Source of the DNA: the human T2T-CHM13v2.0 reference genome, Homo sapiens
Length of the DNA: 64,000 nucleotides
Assembly (NCBI RefSeq): GCF_009914755.1
Contig: NC_060938.1
Reading direction: 5' to 3' (one strand)
In this document: piece after piece, positions 1-13,280 of the stretch
How positions within the stretch are numbered: position 1 is the first letter of the stretch
Layout: the number at the start of each line of letters is the position of its first letter
The notes under the pieces: generated by a model
Seen by the model: only the letters and a program-made list of their open reading frames with translations
The model's database searches: none
What the model was told of the DNA's origin: nothing
Made by a program: the position numbers and the translations under genes

Positions 1-704
1 TTGAGTAGGTCCTGGACTACCTTGCTTTTCTAGGCAAGAGAATTCAGTGTCCTTGTTATTCTCCAGAACCACTTCCATCAGCACCAGAGAAAATGGAATC
101 AGAGACAGAACAAAGAAATGCCAAATCAGTGCCCTGGAATCTGGCCAGTCGGGCCCATGGACTCCTCCCCAGTCTAAACTATAACTAAAGAGAAGTTGAA
201 AGTGGCCTCAGATGCATTCTCTGTGGAGATCAGAAAAGAGACATCTTGAAGACCTGGTGTTACTAAAGAAACAAACTTGTCACTCTTCATCAACACCCTC
301 AGCCACTTCTTGTCCTCCCTCTGTCCCCTCCCACAATCTAACTCTGAAGTTGGGCTTCAAATCTAACATCTACTCAAGCCCTCTTATTCACCAAATACAG
401 TGAATTAGAATAATTCACTATATTAATTGCTTCCAGACCCACCCTCATGTTCCCTCTTATTGTCCTGCTATGTCCTCCCTTCATTTCAAAGAGAGTATTT
501 TCTCTAAGAAACCTCCCCAAATCTACCAAGAGGTATCTGTATCCTTCTTGTCCCCCCATTTATATGTGAAGAGTCCTCCAGGATGTATATATGTTGAGAC
601 ATTTTCACAACTAATGACATTCATGGCTGTTTCGTGCCATAACCCCCCATGTGGGACCTGCTCTGTGTTCTGCAGCCCTGTCTCCATGTCTCACATGTTT
701 GCCA

Positions 705-1045
705 GTTTTCACTAGGCTACACTGTGGTAACAAATATCCCCAACATCTCAGTGGCTTATAACAACCAATGCTTATTTTTCACTCCTATACATGTCAGCTG
801 TAGCCCCTGCTGTGTCTTCCTCATTCTTGGACCCAGGAGTCCAGGGAGAAGGAATCTTATGGTAGAGAGAAAAGAGCAACAAAGGAAACCGGGTGATGGC
901 CCTTGGAACTTCTGGTTGGAAGTGGCATGTAGCATGTTGCATCTGCTCATATTCTATTGGCCAAAAAAAGTCATATGGGGTAGAAACTATAATCCTTTCA
1001 TAGGGAGAGGAGAGTGGATAATTGGGAACGATAATGCTGTCTACC
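705..1045 (-). mobile_element. Old MaLR LTR (MLT1J/K-like)
   Basis: Contains the MLT1 reverse-strand hallmark 'gtaacaaatatccccaacatctcagtggctta' and 'ctcatattctattggccaaa'; boundaries approximate. Confidence 0.6.
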
Positions 1046-1220
1046 TCAGTTCCTGACTAGGGTTGAACAGTCAGGTGCCTTTTGAGTGACACCTGACTGG
1101 TAAGCTCAGTAATTGGCATCAATGAGACATTAATTATTTCTCATAGGAAGATTTGTCTATAGCTTACTTCTTAGAATTGGAGATAAGTTTTTGTTTAAGA
1201 GTCTCTACAATGTGTAATAC

Positions 1221-1587
1221 TGCATTGGACTGAACGTTTGTGTCCCCCACAGATTCATATGTTGAAATCCTAACTGCCAAGGTAATGGTATCAGGAAGTG
1301 GGATCTGGGGGAGAAACTTAGGTCATGAGGTGGAGCCCTCATGAATGGGATAAATGTCCCTATAAATGTTACTCCAAAGAACTCTCTCACCCTCTTTCCA
1401 CCATGTGAGGATATAATGAGCAGTCAGCAGTCTGTAACATGGAAAAGACCCCTCACCAGATTCCCACCATTCTGGCACCCTGGTCTTAGACTTCCAGCCT
1501 TCAGAACTAAGAGAAATAAAATTGCTGGTGTTTATAAGCCACCCAGTCTATGATACTGTGTTACAGCAGTCTGAACTGACTAAGATA
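1221..1587 (+). mobile_element. MaLR solo LTR (MLT1A-like)
   Basis: Starts 'tgcattggactgaacgtttgtgtccccc...tcatatgttgaaatcc', contains 'ggagccctcatgaatggga', ends 'gactaagata'; near-TSD aatac/aacac. Confidence 0.8.
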
Positions 1588-1869
1588 AACACATTTCCTG
1601 GTCCTCTTAAACAAATGCTCCTACACCCAGTGTAACTTTTTTTAGAGACTCAGGGTCACAATTATGACCATCAACTTGGGCTTTGTTGTAACAGTTAATA
1701 CTCCTATAGACTACTTGTAGGTATAGGGCTACACGCCTCTTCTTTAAGTGGCTCCCAGGCCACTCTACTTTTGGAGAGCAAGAGGACAATTCATAGTTTT
1801 TCTGTCTCTTCCCAAAATGACAGGCTCTCAGCCGTTCTATCTTGATGATGAGAGCAAGTCTTCCTTTAG

Positions 1870-2012
1870 CCCTTGTTATTCAGTAGCGTCCGCATCACCC
1901 GGGAGCCCATTAGAGACGGAGAATCGAGGCCCCCTCCCAGGCGTTCTCAATCAGATTCTGCATTTTAATTACTTTCCTAGGTGTTAAATATGCACAATAA
2001 TGTTGGAGAAGC
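1870..2012. mobile_element. MER5A-like hAT MITE
   Basis: 'gcatcacccgggagc...aatcagattctgcattttaa...cctaggtg...tatgcaca' follows the MER5A pattern. Confidence 0.65.
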
Positions 2013-2022
2013 AGCCCAGTGA

Positions 2023-2348
<326 letters not shown>

Positions 2349-2355
2349 ACAGCCC

Positions 2356-2536
2356 AGTGATTTTCAACCTTGACTGCACGTTGGTATTGGCCAGGGAACA
2401 TTAAAAATACTGATTCCTGGGCCCAACCCCTCCTTCTTCATAGCCCTGACATGATTAATCTGGGGTGTGGTGAGGGCATTAGAGCTTAAGCATTCCCTAG
2501 GTGATTCTAATGTGCATACAGGGTTTAGAACCACTG
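2356..2536. mobile_element. MER5-family MITE (MER5A1/MER5B-like); the AluY inserted at its left end
   Basis: 'cagtgattttcaaccttgactgcac...ccctaggtgattctaatgtgca...tttagaaccactg' with CAGTG/CACTG termini. Confidence 0.7.
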
Positions 2537-2689
2537 CTGTCTGGTGACTTTCTTTTACTGGCTTGAACTTGCTGGTTCAGTGTTTAGAGAACAAGCTTAT
2601 TCACAATTGTGCAACTGTGTTCCTGACTGCTAGCGTCAAATAGGCTCCCAACAAGGGCCAGAGGAGCCTGGCCTATACAGAAATAATAA

Positions 2690-2880
2690 TAGCCCTGGTT
2701 ATGAAGGAGCTTCTGTGGGCCAGGAATGTTATCTCTAATCTTCACCATACCCTGTTACCCTAATTTGAATTTAGGAAACTGAGTCTCAAAGAAAGTGAGT
2801 GACCTTTCAAAGGTCACACAACTCCAAAGTGGTAAAACTAAAATTTGAAATTATGTCTGGTTTCAAAGCCATGAACTTTT
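2690..2880 (-). mobile_element. MIR
   Basis: MIR core 'aggaaactgagtctcaaagaaagtgagtgacctttcaaaggtcacaca'. Confidence 0.7.
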
Positions 2881-3249
2881 TCTTCCTTCCAAACCCAGGG
2901 AACTTTTGTTCCCAATCTATGTGAGCTGTGATGATTGGACCTTCTAACACCTACTGCTCATAGGCCTTTGTCACTTTCTTCCAGAGTCTGGGTTGGGTTC
3001 TGGCTGGGAAAGGTTACCAGGTAAGGAATCAAGTCCCCAGATAAGTGATTATATATAACTCCTAAAGTTCCTTAAAGTATGCAACTTTACAGAGGGGTAA
3101 AGTGGGTCATGATGAGGTCAGTTACATAGTTCTAGAAATCACATGGCAGAAATTAATTAGTGCAGAGAAACTACATGACACCCTGGGAGAGGGAGAAATT
3201 GTGCACGATTGAAGCTGCTTCTCTAGTATCAACCTAATAATTTTGAGGA

Positions 3250-3460
3250 CATCAGTTATAGTGCCAAACATACAAGGGACATTATCTCATGTGACCTTCA
3301 CTACAATCCTATTAATGTTAATTTTGCTTATTTTGTAGATGTGAAAATGGAGACTGGGAAGTAAATTTGCCCACATTTGATTAGACAGGTAATAAAGAAC
3401 AGAGCTAGCATGGAAATACAGGGTTCAGAGCCTGTGCTGTTTCATCTACATTTCATGACT
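3250..3460 (-). mobile_element. MIR, diverged
   Basis: 'ttatctcatgtgaccttcactacaatcc...ttttgtagatgtgaaaatggagact'. Confidence 0.55.
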
Positions 3461-4849
3461 TCTTAATTTTTTAAGCGCACAGTCCTGCCAGTTGAGTACC
3501 TCCCAGTCATTATTAGCAATGTAACAGGCTTGTGAAAAATTGCTCAGCATTGCTTGACATGGGTTAGGGAATAGCTTTTTGCAGGAAATAAAAGAGCTTC
3601 AGGTCAACAAAAGAAGAGAAATGACAGGCCCCCATCAACCATCAATCCATGAGAGACGTGTTGGTGCCAAGGCACCCTGCCCTCTGCTATTTCAGCCTTT
3701 TCATAGATCAAGGGTGAGAAATGGCCTTGTAACTTGGGGAACAAACAAACAGCCTGGGTTTGGGGTATAGCTCTTTGCAGGAGTTGTCTAGGAAACCAAA
3801 TGCCTAGCACCTGAAAACCTGGTACTGTTGGGATATCACAGAACCCCTTTTGGGGCAAGGAAGCCCATCATCCTATGGGAAGCTGAGCTGAGGGTTGGCA
3901 CCTATCCCAGCATAGTTAGCTCATCACCTGGGCTAACAAGAGGAAGCTCCCAGGGTCAATTCCAGCCATGGTACCCATGAGAATACCTGAGAACAGAGTT
4001 ATAAACAGTGACGTGGGCAAGCAGCATGGACCTGCCCTCCAATCAACAGAGGTAACTGGTTGTGAGGAAAGAAAAGGAAGGAAAGGATACAGGTCTGAGG
4101 CACAGCAAGTTCTATCTCCTCCTTACTTTGGGTCTCCCATTTCAACCATCTCTTCTGCCTGGCTGATGGGAGTGGCAAGGGGAAAGTCTGGCAGAACTAA
4201 GCTGATCTCAGGATAGACAGGTGAAGGGAAAGGGGCCACGTTTGCTGAGAGTGGAGGGGGGATTTGAAACAGGTAAAATATTTAAACATCACTATCTCAT
4301 ACTTTTGCTCCCTTAAATTTCAGGATCCTGGGCAAAGTTCCCATTTCTTTGAACAACCAGATCTCAGCTGGGTTATTTCCTCTCCTCCCTCTTTCTTAGG
4401 CATCCACCAATAAATATGTACCCATAATTTACTCATTTCATTATCCTTTCTTACACACCTCCCCTCTCTAGCCTGGGGAATATTATTTATTTCATCTGTG
4501 ACATGAATCCTATCTTATTTCCTAAGGCCTACACATTTAAAGTTCAAAAGTTTAGAAGAGTCCTGGTGTTTTTTCCCCCATCTTCCTGCTTTCTGCTATT
4601 AATTCTCTTTCCCAAGAAAATGAGTGTTGAATGGCCTGGCTGCCTGAAAGTCGGGTGGGATAGAGTCAACTGGGTGGTAAGAGATGGGGGAAAATATCAT
4701 CCATTAATATTTAAACAGTGTTACTTCTATACAACTTGAAAAAACTAAATTCACTCTTTCCTTGATCCCAGGTACTATCAAATGCCACATATGTGACGTT
4801 AGTGTGGGTAAAGAGACAAGTCAACTAAGTGAGGACCCTTCTGTTACAG

Positions 4850-5072
4850 TGAGGTGGGAAATTAAAGAAAGAAAAAAATTAAAGAGAAATAAGCTTTCCT
4901 GTATTAGGCTGACTTATCCCAGAGGCAGCAACAGGCACAGCCCAGACCCAGGAAAAGCCTTGATAAACACTATCTAAGAAGCTAGGACACAAAGGAATGT
5001 GGGTCTGAGTGCACTCAGTAAAGATCCTCCTGTATACACCCCAAGGTCTCTCTGGTCCTCCTGTTTCCTACA
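4850..5072 (+). mobile_element. Short ERV1-class solo LTR (LTR15-like), probably internally deleted
   Basis: TG...CA termini flanked by 4-bp TSD ACAG (4846-4849, 5073-5076); 'aagctttcctgtattaggctgactt...cccagacccaggaaaag' resembles LTR15 from memory. Confidence 0.6.
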
Positions 5073-5789
5073 ACAGCAGATCAGCGAAAATCAGCATGAA
5101 CCATACTGAGGCCTTGATCTTGAGGAAAAGACTAGCAATGTATAATTTTCCACCTGGATTCTCATTTCCTAGGCATTGGTCAAAGCCCTAAAGGAGCCTA
5201 TTCAAGGCAATGACTCCATGGGAGTGAGGAGAAATGGCTCCAAGAGGGAAAGTAACCCTTCCCAGTGTCAGGGGACAGTTGGAGAGATTGCCTCTTTGCA
5301 GCATAGTTCCCAAAGCCCTGGAAAGAACAGCTTCCTGAGATGCCTTTCTTGAATTTAAGAGAATCTGTCTCATCCTTGCTGACTGTTCCAAGAGAAACAG
5401 ACTTGAAAAGGACCATGCTTTCTATTTTGTAGATGCATTTCCTAATTGCTCTTGCATGAGGCTGTGGCAGTATACTCCTCCTTTTCTTTCTTTTCCTTTT
5501 GGAATTCCTCCTGACTTCTAGGGGTGAGGAGGTGGCATAGGGAAGAGAAAAGAGGAAAGGATTGTGTTCATGTAGCAAAGGCTGCATGATGCCTTGGAAA
5601 GCTGGTGAGGCTTCAAACACACATGTCTTCTCAGCTACTAGGGGAGTGGAATATTTACATACAAAGAACATTCACATTTGCCTGTTCTTCAGTTTGCTTT
5701 TGGGTGGGGGCTGATGGAAAAAAGGGACAGAAATGGGAGTGAGGTATGGCATGTTTGTCCACCAAAAATGGAATGCTTCTCAACTCTGG

Positions 5790-6672
5790 AACTCCAGAGC
5801 TATTTTCTTATGTGTAAAAGTCAACTTGTAATATCCCCAAACATCAACTCCTCTTCCTGTATTTCAGATTTTGATTCATGGCACAGAGATCTACACAAGT
5901 GCCCAAGGTTTCCTTTCTTCTCTCTCCCTCACTACTCACACATCCGGTTGGACAACAAATCATGTTGACACTAGCTCCTCAGCTGAACCTCAAGAATCAT
6001 TTCCCTCCAGTTCAGACTCCCTGACCCTGTCTTAATTTTGAAGAGGTAATTTCTCCTGACAACTTCTAGTATATCTATATTATTATATATGCTAGTATAT
6101 GTTTAGTATATTAGTTCCTTGCCTTAAAACTTCTCTTGCTTCCAAGCCATATTGTCACACTTATCTTTCCAAAACACATATATTCATTGTCACTCCTTTG
6201 CTTACAAACTTTTGCCACATCCCCATTCTCTGCAAGATAAAGTCCTAATCCCTTAATATGGTGCATGCTGCTTTCCTGTTCCCAGATGTTGACTTCCTGG
6301 CCTCATGCCCCTGCCACTCCTTTCTTCTTTCCACTTTTCCACCAAATCTTATGTGCTCCAGCCACAAGAAATGCCTGCCTTTCCCTGATTGTACCCCCAT
6401 GGTTTTCTTATGCTGTTTCCTCACCTGAAAACCTTTTTCACTCCTTGTCAACTAGGTAAAATCCTTGCAGACCCAGTTCTAATATGAGTTCCTGGAGTGC
6501 TTCTCCTTCAACGTGTTCAGGTTGGCTCTGGGCTCCCAGAGCAGTTTACACAAGCCTTTCTTCTTTCTTGCGTCATAATGTTTAGTTAAATGTATTTGAG
6601 AGCATAAACTCTCAAGAGCAGGGACTGTGCAGATTCATAGTAGATATTCAGTTAAGTTTGAATGATTGAGTC
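5790..6672 (-). mobile_element. L2 (LINE-2) 3' fragment
   Basis: L2 hallmarks 'tgtcactcctttgcttacaaact', 'gagcagggactgtg' and terminal 'gtttgaatgattga'. Confidence 0.6.
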
Positions 6673-8789
6673 TATATCACAATTCAAATTCCAAAGACAC
6701 AGGGAATTTTTTTCCCCTATGTATATCTTTTTTTTTTTTTTTTTCCTTTTGAGATGGGTAGTTTGTGCTTAGGCAGCTCCTAATGCTTCTTTTCTTACTT
6801 TCCCTATTTTCTAATTTCTCTACCCTTTCCTTTAGCTGTTAATCACTCCCCTCACCTCTTGCCATGATTTTCTCGCTTCCTGGCCATTAAGACAACACTC
6901 TTCTCTGGGAGAGCTCCCCATGGTCTCCTTTCTAGAGGGAATGTCAGGAAGACAAAGCAGGGCACACCCCAAGAGGGGAGGGCGGTCCTGCATCAATGGT
7001 CTATTTGCAGCCAAACCTAAATGCAAACCATGCTGCCAACGGGGAGGCTGGAATCCACTCAAGTGGAATCAGATCTAGAGACACAGACATGCCTAGAGAA
7101 AGGAGAAAGAGACATCAGTGTCAAAACCAGAGGCCTCAAGGCCAGGCCTGGGCGTAGAGGTTTCTCCTCACCTTTTTCACATAGGTGGAGAAGAGAAGGT
7201 CATTATGGTATCACTGAAAGACAAGACTGGACATGGGTGGAGAGATGGATGGGAGGAGGGGCAGGGGAACAATACATTGGACATTTTCTAGCCCAAGCAC
7301 AGGCTGTGTAGTCCAGGAGGCAGTCAAGAGATACTTCTGGGATGGACTGGGTTGACTGGCTGGGGATCTGGTTGTAACTATTAATGATGCCAGGATCCCA
7401 CTTTTCAGCAGTTGTGATTCTTTGGGTTGCTGAGGCAAATTAAAACGAGACCCAAGCACCATCTTGTGGAATCTTAGGGCGGATTTATGAAGGGAATGGC
7501 ACCTGTCATACCAAGGGAGCTAGTATGGAAATTTCCCTTGTAGCTTCAGAAAGGACATTGTGTGAACAAAGCTTACAGAATAAGATAGAAAGTCCCCACC
7601 TTCATGTTCACAGGCAGTGCAGCTGCCGACTGCTCCATCTCTGCTATGACAGGGAAGGGAGAACCATAGCAGGAGAGATGGGGTGAGTCAGTTACCACTG
7701 AGACCCTCATTCTGCTAGCAGAGATGTTTGCCAGGGAGGTCCCCTGATGAGCTCTTGGCATCTCATTACCATTTTCAAATGAGCATGGAGGAATCTGGGC
7801 TTTACCAGACATGTTGGTTGTGGGTTTTCCCATATCCAGGAGTGTTGAGTCAGCTCATTAGTGCCTGGAATTCTACAGACTCTGAATGTCAACTAGGGAA
7901 AAGGCGAATGCTCTACCATAAGCAGAGCGCAGCTTGTCACTGGTAATTAAGAGATAAGGTAATTTGAGAGAGAAGGTAATTCACGGTACCAAGGGGCAAA
8001 AACACTGCTAATTCTCAGACTCCAAAAGCTTAGGTGGGGAGGCCAGAATCCCCTCCTCTCTACTCAGTTCCTACTAAGGCTGCTGTAGGTGTATGTACCC
8101 TACATCATTTTACAAGTGGATAGATGTAAAAATTCATTCCATTCTGAACCCTAAAATCCCAACTCAATATACCTCAGTGCTCAGCTCCCCTGGAGTCTCG
8201 AAGACACGGTCAGGTTTCAGCACAATTCTGTGCCCTGGGGCAGGCTTCCGCTGTGTCATCAGGTTCACAAACAAACCAGACACAGTGGTTTTCAAGGGCT
8301 TTTCCCACATCCAGTTCTCCTGCTGGAAATTGCTCTTACTGAGCACTAGCTCTGTTCAGAAACATGGCCCTGCTCGATTTCCATGGTTGCCACAAGCTTC
8401 CTTATAGAGTTTTCTCCAGAGCAGAAAAGCATTTTCTGCAGGTGATTTTCCCCTTTCTGTTGTAATTCCAAGTCTCTCTTCCACCCCGCCCCCAACTCTT
8501 CATTTTCCGGTAACTGCCAAGAAAAACCTCTCTCTGATCCTGCTGTTACCACACCTCATGGAGCCGGCTTTGGCCAGCAATTGTGATGCTCCTGACAGCG
8601 TTTCCATTGTCAGCTCTTTTAAATCCCAGCATCTGCAGCCCGTTTTCTCTCTGCGGTATGGTTTTGCTTCCCTGACATGCTGCCTCTGCTAACAACTGCT
8701 CCAGTTTCTCTACTGCTGGTGCTGTGGCTTCTCCTGTCTGTCTGGGCCCAGTCACTCCTGGTGGGGGACAGGGGTTGGTTGAACAAGTA

Positions 8790-8960
8790 GAATAGTGGAA
8801 TGGGTTCAAGTCACCACCTGTCACTTCCTAGCTGGGATACACTGGGAAGTTAATTCACCTCACTAAACCCCAGTCTCCTTATCTGTAAGAAGAGGGTTGT
8901 TGTAAAGGTGGAATGAGATAATCCAGTGCTTAACACAGGGTCCAGCCAGAGTAGATAAAT
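8790..8960 (+). mobile_element. MIR
   Basis: 'gggttcaagtc...cacttcctagctg...cagtctccttatctgtaa...tgagataatc'. Confidence 0.7.
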
Positions 8961-9109
8961 AATCTATTTATATGAGGTAGGGTAGGTTGCCTGAGGGCTA
9001 GCATCCCTGCATCCCACATCTGTAAAGGTCAGATAAAACCTCTTAGAAATCAAAACATTAAATCCCAAGAAAACCTTTCTGTTTCCAAGGAATCCTAACA
9101 AGTATCTTC

Positions 9110-9540
9110 TGATATAGTTTGGATATTTGTCCCCACTCAAATCTCATGTTGAATTGTAATCCCCAGTGGAAGTAGGGCCTGCTGGGAGGTGTTTGGATCA
9201 TGGGGGCAGATCCCCCACGATTTGGTGCTGTTTTCCCCAATAATGAGTTCTTGCAAGATCTGGTCATTTAAAAGGGCGTGGTATCTCCCCCACCTCTCTT
9301 GCTCTCTCACTCTCATGCTCTCTCTCTCTCTCTCCCCCTTCCTCTCCCTCCTTTCTCTCTCTCCCTCTTCCTCTCTCTCCCCAACTCCCTTTCTCTCTCC
9401 TGCTTTGCCATGTGACATGCCTGCTCCTTCTTTACCTTCTGCCATGATTGTGAGCTTCCTGAGGCCTCCCTAGAAGCCTAGCAGATGCCAGCACCGAGCA
9501 TCCTGTAAAGACCACAAAAACCATGATCCAGTTAACCCAC
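9110..9540 (+). mobile_element. MST-family MaLR LTR with an internal (TC)n-rich tract (about 9295-9400)
   Basis: 'tgatatagtttggatatttgtcccc...aaatctcatgttgaattgtaatcccca', 'gccatgattgtgagcttcctgaggcctccc'. Confidence 0.85.
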
Positions 9541-9754
9541 ATGCCCCTTCGCAGTGAATCTCTGCTCTGTCCCTCCACAGATCAGCTACACAGTTCTGAT
9601 TTCTGAACACCATAGATCACTGCCTGTTTTGGTTTACATCCTCTCTGTGCCTGGCTTCTTTGGCTGAGCAAAGTGCTTTTGAAAGTCATTCATGTTGTTG
9701 ATGGATCAGTTGTTTGTCCCTTTTTATCTCAGAATATGTTATTGTATAAATATA

Positions 9755-10096
9755 CAGTTGGCCCTTTTTATCTGTGGGTTCCACATTCACGGATTCAACC
9801 AACCACGGTAGAAAATATCTGAAAAAAATTACATCTGTATGGAACATATACAGACTTTTTTGGTCGTGATTCCCTAAATGATACAGTATAACCACTATTT
9901 ATGTAGCATTTATATTAGGTACTGTAAGTATTAGCTATTATAAGTAATCTAGAGATGGTTTAAATTATATGAGAGGATGTGCATAGGTTATATGCAAATA
10001 TGATGCCACTTTATATCAGGGACTTGGGCATCTGTGGATTTTGGTATCTGCAGGAGGCCCTGGAACAAATCCCTCATGGATACTGAGGTACAACTA
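9755..10096 (-). mobile_element. MER2 (Tigger/TcMar non-autonomous DNA element)
   Basis: 'cagttggccc...tgtgggttccacattcacggattcaaccaacc...tgtgcataggttatatgcaaata...ggatactgagg'; TA flanks. Confidence 0.85.
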
Positions 10097-10872
10097 TATT
10101 GCATTTTGCTTATTCATTCTCCTTTTGATAGAGATTTAGGTTGTTACTAATTTAGAGCTATGAATAAATTGCTATGAACACTTTATAGTTCTTTTTGTGG
10201 ATATATGTTTTAATTTCCCTTATGTAAATACCTAGAAGAAGAATTTCTGGGTCATATAATTGATAGGTGCTTAATTAGAAACTGTCAGCAGTTTTCCAAA
10301 GTGATTGAACCATTTTAGATTCCCACCAATAATGTTTGAGAGTTCTAGTTGCTTCATATCTTTGCCATCATTTGGTGTTGTTAGCCTTTTAAATTTTAGC
10401 CATTCTGGTGAGTGTGAAGTAGTATCTCATTGGGGTTTTAATTTATATTGCCTTGATAATGAAGGATGTTGGACACACTTTCATGTTGTTATTGAATATC
10501 TTCATTTGTGAAGTGTCTATTTGCATCTTTTGTCCATTTATAAAAAACTGGGTTGTCTCTTTATTTTTGAGTTGCAAGAGTTCTTCATGTATTTTGGGCA
10601 AAAGCTCATTATCAAACATACGTATTGTGAATATTTTATCCCAATCTATGCTTTGCTTTTAAGTTATCATAATGGTATTTTACATGAACATAAACTTTAT
10701 ATTGAAGTTTTTAATTCTGATGAAATTCATATGGTCGTTGTTTTCTGTATGTAGAAAAGATTTGCTCATCCCAAGTCAAGATGTTCTCCCATGTTTTTTC
10801 TTAGCAGCTTTATGATCTGAGTTTTTCTGTTTATGTTAGTGATCCATTTAGGATGGTTTTTATATGTGATGT

Positions 10873-11355
10873 TGTAGGAAAGAAAAAATATATGTATTGT
10901 TAACCCTCATATGTTCTTAGCTGAGACATTCTTCTGAAAACAAAAGTCAGATTAACAAGAGAAAAACCTGCAGAAGTCTATTGACACATGCTGTGCTCGT
11001 CATGCAGGACAAGCCTCAGTTCAAAAGTATCCCTGCCAAGGCAGCATCTCAGGAGCCTTGCCTAAACAGTATTTTAACAAACAGTCATAAATTCTGCAGT
11101 GACAAGACAAAGGAGAGGACAGTTTCCGTCTTTAAAAGGCAGGAAAATGTGGGAAGTAAAATCTGTTCCCAGATTTATCTGGTGCCTGCTGGTATCTTCT
11201 CTGGGCTGATAAGCAAGTGCAGCCTTCAGCAAGGAAGGATTTCCCTTCTGCCATCAGGCAAGTACAGGCTAAGGCAGAGTGTTCCCTCTGTGTTTACAGT
11301 GTCTTTAACTTAACAATCCTCCCCATTTTGGGGAGAAATATTTTGGTTTCCTTTA
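10873..11355 (-). mobile_element. ERV1 MER4-group solo LTR (MER67/MER31-like)
   Basis: Minus strand begins 'aaggaaaccaaaatatttctccccaaaat'; 4-bp TSD ATGT at 10869-10872 and 11356-11359; interrupts the L1M. Confidence 0.7.
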
Positions 11356-11629
11356 ATGTGAAATAGAGGCCAAGACATTCATTTTTCCACATGAAAATCT
11401 AGTTGTTGCATTACCATTTGTTAAAGAAAACTTTGTTTCTCCTCACTGAATAGCTGTGACATATTTTTAAAAAATCAATTGCCTATATAAGTGTGAATTT
11501 ATCTCTGGACCCTTTAGTGTGTTTTATTGATATATTTATTTATTAATCCTATGCGAATACCACACCTACTTGATTATTGTAACTTTACACTACATTTTGA
11601 AATCAAGTTTTATAAAATTCTCTACTCTT

Positions 11630-11630
<1 letters not shown>

Positions 11631-11668
<38 letters not shown>
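11631..11668. repeat. Poly(T)38 homopolymer
   Basis: Direct count. Confidence 0.95.
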
Positions 11669-11670
<2 letters not shown>

Positions 11671-12279
11671 CAAGATTTATCCTTTTCCAGACTTTTGTAA
11701 TTCCATATAAATTTTAGAATGGGCTTATCAATTTCTAAAAAACAAATGCCTGGTAGAATTTTGACTGAGATTGTGTTGAATGTAGAGATCAATTTGGGGA
11801 AAATATGAACATTGTATAACTCTCTGTTTAGGTCTTCTTTAGTTTCTCTCAGCAACGTTTGTTCAGTTTTATACCTGTTTAAGGCAGGAGGGTAAGACCG
11901 ATACCCATTACTCCATCATGACCATAGCCAGAAACAAATTGCTGATTCTTATACTTTAAACTCTACTCTTGGATTTACCTCTCATAATGGCTTCATCAGT
12001 GTCTACAAAAATGCAACCTGCTTGCAAAGGGAGTTTCATTCAGAGAAGTGAGGCTTTCAGGGGCCTTAGAAAACCTTGCTCTACTCAGACAGAAGGTTAG
12101 ATTCTATTAGTTCAACTTCAATGTTGCAACAACAGTTGCTATGAGCCATGTATCCTAGCTATAGTAAACCGCAGAGTGATCATTTCTCAATGAGAACACT
12201 CTATCCAGCCCCAGACAATGTATCCATCCCATTTGGACAAGTATTTTGGTTGGAATCCTGGTGTTTCTCTCTCAATATT

Positions 12280-13280
12280 TTAGATTCTCAAAGTTTCTCT
12301 CTGAATGTGACATACCCAAGTAAACTTTTAAAATATAAATCAGATCATGTCATTCCTAGGATTAAAATTCTCTTATGGTTCCTGTTTGTTATCTATTGCT
12401 GTATTACAAACCATCCCCAAACTTAGATGCTTGAAACAGCCAATTATTATTTATCATAATTCTGTGGATCAGCAATATAGATTGGGCTTAGCTGGGCAGT
12501 TCTTCCATGTGGTCACTTACTATTTAGTAGTTCAGTTGGGGATTTCTTACATAATGGCAGAAGTGTTTCAAGAGGTGAAGGTAGAAGCTATAGGAACTCT
12601 TGAGGCTGAGCCTTTGGAATTAACATATTGCTTTTGCCATTCTGAGGTCAAAGCTAGCCACAAGCCTAGTCCAGATGGCAGAGCTGGGAAAATAGAGTCC
12701 AGCTCTTGAAGGGAAAAGCTGCAAAATATTGTGCCATTTTTTTTTCCATTTCTCACAGCTTTCCATTGTCCTTAGAATAAAGTTTAATAATAAATTTAAA
12801 ATTAATGATCAAAATTTTGAAATAAAGTTCAAAATGGCCCTACATAGTCTAGCACCTGCCTCTCTATCTGAATTGACCTGTTATCAATCTCTCATTGGCT
12901 CACTAAAAATAAACAGTTGCACTCCGTTTGGGACCTTCTTATTTTCTGTTCCCTCTGCTTGGAATGCTCTTCTCTCAGATCTTTGCAAAGTTCAATTCCA
13001 TTTTGTAATTTAGTCCAAATGTCAGCTCCTCAAAGAGATCTTCTTCCCTGAGCCCTTCTCCCAGTCACTCCTTACCAGCTTACCCTGTTTTGTTTTCATA
13101 TAGCACTTAACAACATCAGAAATTATTTTATTAATCCACTCATTCATTGCCCATTTTCTTACCAGAATTTGGATACTATGAGAGCATGGTCATCAACTTT
13201 TTAGGCCATCTCTGTATCCCCAGTGCCTATAATAGTGCCTGACACTAAGTAGATGCTCTGTAATGATTTGTTGAATCAGC
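12280..13280 (-). mobile_element. L2 fragment with a nested MLT1-type LTR (about 12385-12760)
   Basis: L2 'atcagatcatgtcattcc', 'ttccctctgcttggaatgctct', 'ctgtatccccagtgccta'; MLT1 'atctattgctgtattacaaaccatccccaaacttag'. Confidence 0.7.

Larger units (their letters stand above)
9560..11870 (-). mobile_element. Old L1M 3' fragment, interrupted by MER2 and an ERV1 LTR
   Basis: L1 antisense hallmarks 'aaatacctagaag...ctgggtcatat', 'ttttagccattctggtgagtgtgaagtagtatctcatt', 'ttccatataaattttagaat'. Confidence 0.8.

Noticed and set aside
5198-5671. 157-aa minus-strand ORF with a basic stretch
   Set aside because: The basic run comes from a pyrimidine-rich low-complexity tract; no recognisable homology or gene structure.
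6727-6760. Poly-T followed by 'gagatggg', a possible tiny Alu 3' remnant
   Set aside because: Too short and no TSD found.
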